A DNA stretch of 47,476 nucleotides, taken from assembly GCF_001194135.2 (NCBI RefSeq), contig NC_068988.1:554119-601594 (forward strand), given 5' to 3'. Shown in pieces: positions 37,549 through 47,476 of this stretch. The notes under the pieces were generated by a model that saw nothing but the letters and a program-made list of their open reading frames with translations, was not told where the DNA came from and did not search any database. The translations under genes were made by a program, and so were the position numbers. Origin of the DNA: Octopus bimaculoides (Eukaryota). The stretch's first letter is position 1; every line of letters begins with the position of its first letter.

Positions 37549-39077
37549 ACGGCGCAGTAGTATACTTGCTACCCCGCGCCCTTCATACGACGGGTATGAC
37601 TGCATGACTGTATATTGGATGTTTGTTAGCCATTTTGGGAGTTTTGGGCATCCAGTTTGTATTAAAATAATTAAGCAATGGTTTATGTGAGTTAATGGCC
37701 GACTGTCATTTCGTGTAATCACTCTTTAACGTATTTACCCAATGGTACGTCCACTTTTAGTATTCAGTTACCAATGATGAGTCTTTCGTAAACGGATTAA
37801 CTATCAAAGCAGCCGTCGATTTAACTATGAATATTAACACTGAAGCTGCCGAGTTCGCGGCTAAAAGCAACGGAAACACGTTGTAATTACTCAATTAGAT
37901 TTTAGGACTGATTTAAACTCTCTCATGAGTCTAGTTAGAATTGGAAAGGTTTTTAACCAGCTGACATTTTCTAGATACACTACAGTAAGGTGGAGTTTAA
38001 GAGGTTTGCTCTTCTACGACCCAATTTCGTTTATTTATTTATTTTTTTTTTTTCTAAAGCAGTTGTGCGTTTAAACTATTTTAGAGAAATTGCATGAAGT
38101 TGACAATCCATAAATAACAATTTCGTCTAAGGAATATGACATATTTTAGAGTCAAAAATATTTTCGCTTTCATTAGATTTTACTCAATCTAGAGATGTGT
38201 GTTTTATTTAAACGGAGGTGTAAATGTTAGAAGTAATTGTCTACTTTTATCGGTGACAATAAACTATTTAAACTCTTTAGTCAAATAGTTCTTCATATAA
38301 AAACCCATTTCGCTTTCCTGTAGGTTTCGAGGTTAAAATCTATAGACAACCTTCTCTAACCTGACAACCGAACTATTTGCAGTTTTGACCTAGCTGGAGT
38401 TCGCTAAATTCGAAACGGTCCGAAATCACCGAATTAAAAATGAACTATCCTTTAAAAATTGGATGGATATATTAGCATAGCCTACACACACACACACACA
38501 TACACACACACACACACACACACATACACACACAATGTGTGCAAATGCTTACAACAACTACAAGAAAGTTGCAAGAGGGGCGGTGTTTGCTAGTAATGAA
38601 ATTGACAATCTTCGTTTTTTAATCTGATTTGCAAAATTCTTTATATGAATTCGTGTGTTGGAGCAAATTTTGTTGTGTCTTGAGACAGTGATACTATCTT
38701 GATGCCTTGTTATCTAACACACTCACCGGCGATAACGTACAGCCTCAACAGCCATTGACAAGGTTTCAACAAAAGCGACGAAAATTTGGAAGGGAAAAGA
38801 AATATAAATAATAAATGAATGAAAATCGACCTGGGGAACGTGTAAGACAGCATGACTCTCCTTAGAAGCAACGAAATTGAGAATGTTTCTCATGGAAATA
38901 TTGACGGATTCTCACGCTGTAATTCATAAACTTTACTAGATTTAATTGACCCTGGAGGGATGAAAGGCATTTTTTTTCTGCGTGAGACTTGAACCCAGAA
39001 TCTTTTTTCCAAAGAGAAGGATGCGTTGAAGGTTTAAAAGTGGGAAGAGTCAACTCAAAGGACACTGAACCTCTCAG

Positions 39078-39242
39078 TTGATTAGATCGACCCCAGTACG
39101 CAACTGGTGCTTAATTTATCGATCCCGAAAGGATGAAAGGCAAAGTTGACCTCGACGGAATTTGAACTCAGAACGTAAAGTCAGACGAAAGACCGCGGAG
39201 CTTTTCGCCCGGCGCGCTAACGCCTCTGCCAGCTCACCGCCA
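39078..39242 (-). mobile_element. SINE family A, head and body
   Basis: GATCGACCCCAGTACGCAACTGGTGCTTAATTTATCGATCCCGAAAGG...GCTAACGCCTCTGCCAGCTCACCGCC. Confidence 0.9.
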
Positions 39243-39555
39243 TTCTCAGAAATATATATTAAAATAAATTTGATGCTTGTATAATCGTATTTGTAGCTAA
39301 TCTAAAGTAACGATTAGTTTCGTTTCAGCTGCATGCGCATTTATTAACTCATTCCAACGGAATGTATGTACTGACGTGACCGGAAACTTGCCATCTCCTT
39401 CGAAAATTTGAAAAGACGGAAGACATTACAAAGGAAGGAACGCGATAAATATAACGACGAACGTTTGTGAGAAATAACGATGATCGCTTCTGGCTTCTTC
39501 GGATACAGAAAGAGAAAGATATATACACACACACACATACACGTGCGCGCACGTA

Positions 39556-39589
<34 letters not shown>

Positions 39590-39694
39590 TGCGTGCATAC
39601 ACACACACTCACGAGCACATGCACACACACGTAGGCACATACACACACAGTCACAGACACACAGTCACAGACACACAGTCACAGACACACACAT

Positions 39695-39726
<32 letters not shown>

Positions 39727-40941
39727 GTATACATATACACAGCTTTTATAATAGGAGTCTCAAGAGCTCAACAATTTTGATAAGGCTTACACACACACAC
39801 ATACATATCTGTACAGACACACAAACATAAATATATAATGTCTTTGTATCTATCATAAAAATATGTTAATTGTTGTTTATAGACATCATGCATCCAATTA
39901 GACGCAAACACATTTTTATGTAGCAAATGCATCATACATCTAACTTCACATTGAATTTTACATTAACCCTTTGTCCGTTCAAAGCATTTTGATAAGTTCG
40001 TCCTAGACGCCCTTGCTCGTTTTCAAACTTTTAGTCAACCTTTATTTCATCTATTCGGAGTTAAAATGAAGACGTCCTAAGTGACTCTTGTGGATGGAAA
40101 GAATCGGGAATGTGTATCACACAGGATGCATGATTGCCAGAGAAGCATGCCTTGCGTGTCGCTTGTGATACGAAGGTCAGACAAAGAGTTAAAAAAAAAA
40201 GAAGATCTCTCTTCAGCTTCCCTTCTTCCGTAAAAGTTTCTTCTTGATTTAATGCAAACCCAACACTTGTAAGAGAATGGATTAATATGACTCAGTATAT
40301 AACTGGTATTATTTTAACCACTTCTCATGAAGTGTATCTAAAATAAGATATCATCGAGGTTTGAAGCTGCGAGGTGGCACATTGTCGATTCGGAGCAATG
40401 AAAGAAATGTAATCAGAATGTAAACCCGATCAAACACACAACTAAAGAGGTGCAAATAACTACAACGCCAGTGCGAAAACACCGACAGAGGTGTGAGTGT
40501 ATCGAAAGTTATTAATAATGGGATATGAATACAAGACTTCGAGACATGCCATAAGAGCCTGATACATATCAGTGGATCTCTTTCCCGTTGTCACTGCGAT
40601 GTTCCAATGGTGATATTGTCCGAACCCTCGTCGCCACAGATATGTCCCGTGATGACGACATATTTCGTCGTCTACGGATCTGATTCGAACTGCGTACCTT
40701 CGCCGACAACTCCCGGCATGTGCTGGAACTGGTTCGTATTCTTCCCGAAAATGGGGAAGAAGACAAACACGAAATTCACAAACCCGCAGGCAAAAACAGT
40801 ACTTAACAAATTCAACAATTCAAATCATAGGTTCGCCCTCGCGGGAGACCCCTCAACGGGTATACAACACAATACAACTCACGTCAACCGGAATCAAAAG
40901 ATTTAACAACAACAACAAAATCTTCGCGGTCTGACCCTAGT

Positions 40942-41155
40942 AATCTCTTTATTTAGGCATAAAACCCCAACATAGAATGGACATTACAAGGACAGACAAC
41001 ACAAAACGTGGGGTACATGTAACGAATGATGAGAATGTAATGCAATATTTATTATGAAAAGGATGAAATGGCTTACGCGGATCGATCCTACTGACTGTGT
41101 CAGTCCACTATTTATAAGTAGTGGACCAGTCCGCTTCTCACCTGGGGGCCTCCGC
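40942..41155 (-). mobile_element. Probable LINE 3' UTR (L1/Tx1-like) sharing its terminal ~60 nt with SINE A tail iii
   Basis: Minus strand ends TTGTCTGTCCTTGTAATGTCCATTCTATGTT...AAATAAAGAGATT; internal 8-bp hairpin GTCCACTA/TAGTGGAC (41103-41126). Clade assignment is inference. Confidence 0.55.
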
Positions 41156-41956
41156 CACAACAGAATCCATTGTCATTTAGCTACAATTCTACAAGAAACA
41201 AAGCAAAACGCGAAAAATCTAAGAAATATAAGAATGTATGATTGCATAGTGTTTATTTCTGAATTCTTATATGTGTTTATTAGTATTTCCATGTATACGT
41301 GTGTTAGCACCGAGATACAAGATGTTATGGCTTATTTTTGCGAACACAGCACTTCTTTTCTTTATCTTATTTTTTATATATATATATTCTCTCATTTTTG
41401 CCAATGAAGTCTCTTTCCTCGAGTCCATAAAGACATTCAAGTGCCAGTCAGCAGCAGTTTGTGTGACTGAGTGCAGAATTATGAGTGTAGTCCCGTATAT
41501 GGTATATGTCAGTGCTTTTAGATAGACACACGGTGACACAGTTAATACACACACACACAAACACACACACATACACACAAACACACACACACAAACACAC
41601 ACACACAAACACACAGAGGCAAGCACGCACACATATACACATACATAGACGAACAATCACATATACAAATACACTCATGAATTCAAAGAAACATAACTAC
41701 GTAGGTATGTGTATTGCCAATGTATGTGAATATGATATGTCGCCTGCATATTTCGACAGGATACTTAAATAGTTATTACGTAAGCTGCTGGGATCTCACA
41801 AACACACGAGAAATATGTCATTAACTACAAATGCAATCGAGTGCAAGTATTGAACACCCTCATGATTGATAGGGATTTGTATCGATATCAGTGAATAGAT
41901 ACGTTATTTACATTATTTACATTTGACGGATATTTGTCCTCATCTTGTTTGTTGTT

Positions 41957-42002
41957 AACACAACGTTTCGGCTGATATACTCTCCAGCCTTCTTCAGGTG
42001 TC
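41957..42002 (-). ncRNA. Minimal type-I hammerhead ribozyme fold
   Basis: GACAC-CUGAAGA-A-GGCUG-GAGAGUAUAU-CAGCC-GAAA-CGUU-GUGUU: conserved CUGANGA and GAAA core, 5-bp stem II, palindromic ACGU stem III, NUH=GUU, 5-bp stem I. Confidence 0.7.
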
Positions 42003-42077
42003 TTGAGAAATTTCGAACCTGGGTTTCCCCAAGACACCTGAAGAAATTTCCCCAAGACACCCAAGAAATTTCCTCAA

Positions 42078-42123
42078 GATGCCTGAAGAAGGCTGGAAGG
42101 TATATCAGCCGAAACGTTGTGTT
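42078..42123 (+). ncRNA. Minimal type-I hammerhead ribozyme fold, inverted partner copy with weakened stem I
   Basis: GAUGC-CUGAAGA-A-GGCUG-GAAGGUAUAU-CAGCC-GAAA-CGUU-GUGUU; stem I contains several G-U pairs. Confidence 0.6.
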
Positions 42124-42359
42124 AACAACAAACAAGATGAGGACAACTATCCCTCGAATGTAAATAATGTAAATAATTCCTCATCTCTTAAATACAGAAC
42201 TGCAGTGAATCGATATTCTTAACTTTATATGGTAATAGGTTAACTAAAACTGTCGCAACACGATTAACTCCCTTGTCATTCACAACCAAAACATAATATT
42301 TATTGGAAATATATCGCAAATGCTATGGGTGGATTGTTATTAGCAATTTCTGATTTTCA

Positions 42360-42890
42360 CAAGTTGATTAGTCGGCAGTTCATGTCGATTAAGTATTGAA
42401 TAAGTAATTAATTGGTCGATGGTTCATATTGATGAAGTGCTGAACGAGTAGTTGATTGACCAGTTGCTCGTTCGCATCGATAAGCTATTGAACTGGTAGC
42501 TGAATGATCGGAAATTTGCATCGATGGGATACAGAACAAACGGTTGATCGGTGACTCATATCAACGAAGTAGTTAAATGATCGATAGTTCTCTCCGTCGA
42601 TAGGGTATTGAACAACTAACTGATTGATTGGGTTGTATCGATGAGGTACAGAACAAGTATCCGATTGATAGGAGCGTTCATATTAACGAAATACTGAACA
42701 AATAGTCAGTTGATTGATTGGAAGTTTATATCGATGAGATTAAGAATAACTATTAGATTGATAGGCATACATATCGATACAGTATTGAACATATTGATTG
42801 GGTGGGTTGTATCGAAAAGGTACGAAACAAATTGACTGATAGAAGCAAAGAAGATCTACTAGATCGAATAGGTTGTATCGATTAAGTACA
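42360..42890 (+). repeat. Degenerate minisatellite, about 12 units of roughly 37-50 bp
   Basis: Recurring ATCGAT(G)A..GTATTGAACAA..AGTTGATTGAT motif. Confidence 0.75.
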
Positions 42891-44945
42891 CACTATTTTG
42901 AGCCCTTGCTCTTCACTTGAGAATGAGTAGAAGAAAAGAAGTGGCACCAGCCAAAGGACAAGGCTCCAAGACTTTAGTGATTTTATTCCTCATTGAACTT
43001 ATTGAATTCTTCTAAGAATTTCCCAAATGTTTACTCTCTTCAATTTTCTCAAATTCCAAACTCAAATTCCTTTCCATACGCTATCTAAAAAAACTTTACC
43101 TGAGATTTCTGGAAATATTCCAATTTGGAAAAGAATGTTTTTGCCAGACTATCTGTGTTTCTGATGCACTACATGGAGACGAAACCTTCAATGTAGGACT
43201 TGACATAGGAATGATAACCAACTGAGTCAACAGCAGCCAGTTTGTGCAAAAGGATCGCCAATTCAAATCATACGGAAACAAACCAACAGACAAACATGTG
43301 GTAAGTCAGACCATCAAACTTTAAGCAAGTGATCTGGATTGATGCATCTAAACTCTGGGGATCAATAAAACCACCGAATAATTGATGGGTGAGGACTTGA
43401 AATAACGAGTTGAAGTTTGTTTACGAGATCGGGAGACACCGAGTCTCGTCAAGTTGCTTTGCTCTAGATACACTAGAAAAACAAACTAACGAGGTTAATT
43501 ACTCAGCGACGCCATCTGCACTATGAACAACAGCAAGTTAGTGTTAGTATTTTTAATACAAGGAGCATCAAAAACCTAATTATGAATACTTACGTTGTTA
43601 GGAAAAAGACATTAGCTCAGTGACTAATATTATTTTAGTCTTTAGGTTGATTATAGGATTCCCTTTCAACACTATCTTTATAGGTGACTTTGCGTCAGAA
43701 AATCTCAATTGCTAATAATAGTCCACCCATGACATTTGCGATATCTTTTCAATGTATATATTTTGGGTGTGGATGACAAGAGAGTTAATCGTGTTGCAAC
43801 AGTTTTAGTAAGCCTATTATTTCATAAGGTTAAGGGCATCTACTCACTGATATCTGCAGAGTGCACTGGCATCTGCAATGATTTTTCCCGGTTAATGTGG
43901 CATTAAGGAGGTGAGAGAGACGTCAGTCAATCGCAGACTGCATTTTTCCCACGAGTGGATTGGAGATCAGGATTGTAAATCACCGAAACACTCGTCACTT
44001 TTAAAATGCTGCCGCTAGTAATAGACACGTCTTCATTGTATATGTTTATTTCCCGTGTTTAGCTTTGTAGACAGAAATATTTTAAATTAAGTACCTTGAC
44101 AATTGACACAATGTGGTGCCGGCAGCAAGATAACAACCACTGAACTTTCGGGCAATTAATTTGACTACACACGTTCATGTAAATTCACGCTTTCAATTAG
44201 ATCGATGCTCTTGTGTCGCTTGTATTTCGACTCAAAAGAACAAACAACATTAAGCAAAAAATAAGGATGTGTTGGGATTTTCTGATGTCGCTTATCGCTT
44301 GAGGAAAGGCACAAACAACACTAATTTCACCTTCCAAATATTCCCGTACAACATTTTTGAATATATCGCTAAATGCAACACGGGTTAGAGTTATGTCCTG
44401 GGTTCACTTATGTTCTGGCGAAAGGCCATGAGTGTTCCAACTTTGAATTTCCATCTAATTCTCNNNNNNNNNNNNNNNNNNNNNNNNNNNNNNNNNNNNN
44501 NNNNNNNNNNNNNNNNNNNNNNNNNNNNNNNNNNNNNNNNNNNNNNNNNNNNNNNNNNNNNNNNNNNNNNNNNNNNNNNNNNNNNNNNNNNNNNNNNNNN
44601 NNNNNNNNNNNNNNNNNNNNNNNNNNNNNNNNNNNNNNNNNNNNNNNNNNNNNNNNNNNNNNNNNNNNNNNNNNNNNNNNNNNNNNNNNNNNNNNNNNNN
44701 NNNNNNNNNNNNNNNNNNNNNNNNNNNNNNNNNNNNNNNNNNNNNNNNNNNNNNNNNNNNNNNNNNNNNNNNNNNNNNNNNNNNNNNNNNNNNNNNNNNN
44801 NNNNNNNNNNNNNNNNNNNNNNNNNNNNNNNNNNNNNNNNNNNNNNNNNNNNNNNNNNNNNNNNNNNNNNNNNNNNNNNNNNNNNNNNNNNNNNNNNNNN
44901 NNNNNNNNNNNNNNNNNNNNNNNNNNNNNNNNNNNNNNNNNNNNN

Positions 44946-44995
44946 TATGTGTTTGCTTTAAAATTTGAGATCACATAGACAGTATTTTACGTAGG

Positions 44996-44998
<3 letters not shown>
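44946..44998 (-). mobile_element. Short fragment of an R4/Dong-like element ORF end (ILRKILSM*), continuing into the gap
   Basis: Minus AATCCTACGTAAAATACTGTCTATGTGATCTCAAATTTTAAAGCAAACACATA, homologous to 45106-45146. Confidence 0.7.
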
Positions 44999-45066
<68 letters not shown>

Positions 45067-45079
45067 CATCATCATCATT

Positions 45080-45487
45080 GCCTTTGCACAGCTTCTAAGA
45101 AAATTATGAGTTTGTTTTAAAATTTGAGATTACATAGACGTAGGATATTGGGCAGTTCCCATAAGCGCTGTCTTTTGAATTTCTGCCATTTTGGAGTTTC
45201 CTGGTATCTGAGCTAGGTAGGAATCAACCCCTTTTCCCTATCGTTCCTAGGGCACCTATAACAACAGGTATTGTTTTCGTCTTCGGGTTCCACATTTTGC
45301 CAATTTCTATTTCAAGATCTTTATACTTGCTCAGTTTTTGGTAGGTCTTGACAGATACATTTATATCGATTGGGACAGTCATATCAATGAGGAGGCATGG
45401 TTTTTGTCTGAAGTCTTCCAATATGATGTCTGGCCTATTTGCATCTATCTTCCTGTCAGTTTGAATGGTGGAAGTTCCAGAGGAGTG
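45080..45487 (-). mobile_element. RLE-type LINE (R4/Dong-like), 5'-truncated C-terminal endonuclease domain, flanked by (TAA)n
   Basis: IQTDRKIDANRPDIIL.D...CLLIDMTVPIDINVSVKTYQKLSKYKDLEIEIGKMW..KTIPVVIGALG...AEIQKTALMGTA is the PD-(D/E)xK restriction-like endonuclease motif of R2/R4/NeSL-type elements; (ATT)n at 44996-45063 and 45488-45539. Confidence 0.85.
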
Positions 45488-45540
<53 letters not shown>

Positions 45541-45858
45541 GGTTGGTGTTGTTCTTTGTCCTCTGCGGGAAGATAAGCCCTTGAGAATAAGGAGCAGGCT
45601 CCTAGCTGACTGACTTTACAATCTGCTTTCGATTCCTGCATTAAGCCGTTTCTTTTCATTTACGCCATTAATACCTTCTGGGAAAATATTACACGGCTAT
45701 GCCATCCTCCTTAGATTCCCATGGTCCTTGCTTATATAAGAAACCTTTTTTTATTATATCAGAAATTATTAATACCACCTGTTTTCTACGGCGTAAGCGA
45801 TCACAGAACTCATAATAAACACACCCACACGCATATGCACACACACACACACACATAC

Positions 45859-45891
<33 letters not shown>

Positions 45892-46239
45892 NNNNNNNNN
45901 NNNNNNNNNNNNNNNNNNNNNNNNNNNNNNNNNNNNNNNNNNNNNNNNNNNNNNNNNNNNNNNNNNNNNNNNNNNNNNNNNNNNNNNNNNNNNNNNNNNN
46001 NNNNNNNNNNNNNNNNNNNNNNNNNNNNNNNNNNNNNNNNNNNNNNNNNNNNNNNNNNNNNNNNNNNNNNNNNNNNNNNNNNNNNNNNNNNNNNNNNNNN
46101 NNNNNNNNNNNNNNNNNNNNNNNNNNNNNNNNNNNNNNNNNNNNNNNNNNNNNNNNNNNNNNNNNNNNNNNNNNNNNNNNNNNNNNNNNNNNNNNNNNNN
46201 NNNNNNNNNNNNNNNNNNNNNNNNNNNNNNNNNNNNNNN

Positions 46240-46281
<42 letters not shown>

Positions 46282-46283
<2 letters not shown>

Positions 46284-46428
46284 GACAGGCTTCTTTCAGT
46301 TTCCGTCTGCCAAATCCATGCACAAAGCTTTGGTCGGCTCGAGGTTATAGTAGAAGACACTCTCCCAAGGTGATACGTAGTGGAACCATGTGGTTGGTAA
46401 GCAAGCTACTCCTGCAGACACTCCTGCA
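46282..46428 (-). mobile_element. SINE family B, head half
   Basis: ACGACAGGCTTCTTTCAGTTTCCGTCTGCC...GGAACCATGTGGTTGGTAAGCAAGCTAC. Confidence 0.9.
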
Positions 46429-47001
46429 TATATCTCTATATGTTTATATAATAATATCAATAATATATAAATATATGCATATATACATACATATGTGTAC
46501 ATACCATACATACATATGTGTACATACCTTTATACATATGTATATATACATTCATATATGGGTACAGGACATCAAAAAAAGAAACGAGAACATAAAAAAC
46601 GATAACACAGAAAACGAACTTTTTTTAGAACAACGAAAGAAACAAACAGAAAAACGAGACTTGTAGCATGGAGAATATTCCCTTCATCAGTTGTCGCCTG
46701 TTTTATCTACTCCGCGATAGGTGTGTGTGTATGTATGTATGTATGTATGTATGCATGTATATGAAATCACTATGTAATTTTGGTTCAGTGACTGACAAGG
46801 AAAACTCAGCTGCGAATATTCCGTGTATTGTGTCTTTCTCTAAATTTACCGTCCGTTAAGTTTTCGTCTAGTTTCCCGTTTGTTCTGCTTTTGTCGAACT
46901 TTTTCTCCTTGTGTACTTTCTGTTCAACCCTTGATACATGTCTCTCTCCCCCCCTCTCTATCTCTCTCTCCCTCTCTCTCTCTCTATATATATATATATG
47001 A

Positions 47002-47024
47002 GCAACAACAACAACAACAACAAC

Positions 47025-47057
<33 letters not shown>

Positions 47058-47117
47058 TTGGGTATGTGCTGTGGTTTGCTGTGGTGCTCTTATGTTTACT
47101 GTATTGAAAGTCTGAAC

Positions 47118-47209
<92 letters not shown>

Positions 47210-47245
47210 TAATAATGACGATGATGATGATAATGATAATGATAG
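47002..47245. repeat. (AAC)n/(AAT)n/(GAT)n trinucleotide microsatellites
   Basis: Directly visible; source of the poly-N and poly-L pseudo-ORFs. Confidence 0.95.
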
Positions 47246-47476
47246 TGATGATGATCGGATGATGATTTTGATGGTTTTGATGATATAATTAAAATGTGTG
47301 CATAAGATTAACAGTGTTATGCATACGTGCGGACATAGATAATACATAGCCTACATTCTGAGAAACATACGAGGAACACATCGTATTTATAGAAATGCAA
47401 ACGTAAGGGCGAATCCATAAATATATTCTTGCGTATGTATGCGCGCGTGTATATATATATATATATATATATATAT

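Larger units (their letters stand above)
41902..42202. mobile_element. Palindromic non-autonomous element (Penelope-like terminal-repeat derivative) with candidate 13-bp TSD
   Basis: Arms 41904-42013 and about 42066-42176 are reverse complements (mirror ORFs 41917..42135 and 41945..42163 confirm it); flanks CAGTGAATAGATA (41889-41901) and CAGTGAATCGATA (42203-42215). Confidence 0.8.

Noticed and set aside
42360-42890. CRISPR-like repeat-spacer array
   Set aside because: Eukaryotic context, degenerate units with homologous intervening sequence, no constant repeat or unique spacers, no cas genes.
43160-43200. CTGATGCA...GAAA resembling the 10.5-kb variant core
   Set aside because: Stems I-III cannot be formed.
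43096-43305. Candidate exon (plus donor GTG|GTAAGT at 43300; minus donor CAG|GTAAAG near 43100)
   Set aside because: All plus frames contain stops, and the minus frame has no convincing acceptor or recognisable protein.
46670-46720. CTGATGA core on the minus strand (46690-46684)
   Set aside because: A possible stem II follows but no GAAA or cleavage triplet in a valid topology; the copy is truncated at a microsatellite.
300-47347. Most ORFs in the supplied track (poly-YI, HT, SL, ER, N, L and X-filled ORFs)
   Set aside because: They are translations of microsatellites, N gaps or SINE sequence, with no domain content.

Overview
AT-rich eukaryotic genomic DNA, dense in microsatellites and retroposons, with ten assembly gaps (about 3.7 kb of N), almost all abutting microsatellites. 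The repeat content (two very abundant tRNA-derived SINE families, plus RTE, CR1-group, L1/Tx1 and R4/Dong-like LINE remnants) looks like an octopod cephalopod, probably Octopus; this is inferred from pattern, not from a database search. No complete protein-coding gene is recognisable. Nearly all ORFs in the track are microsatellite, N-run or repeat artefacts, and the only protein-like ORFs are LINE debris. Best non-obvious signals: (1) a ~300-bp palindromic element at 41.9-42.2 kb, bounded by a 13-bp candidate target-site duplication, with two minimal type-I hammerhead ribozyme folds, one per strand; (2) a second long inverted repeat at 10.3-10.7 kb enclosing a variant hammerhead fold; (3) a minus-strand Pol II promoter candidate at ~29.9 kb (CCAAT, GC box, TATA-like motif triplicated in a 15-bp tandem repeat) followed by AAAATG-MGLSK and an AG|GTGAGT donor at 29.2 kb; (4) two SINE/LINE 3'-end homologies visible inside the window; (5) R4/Dong-like fragments embedded in (TAA)n; (6) a non-autonomous Helitron.
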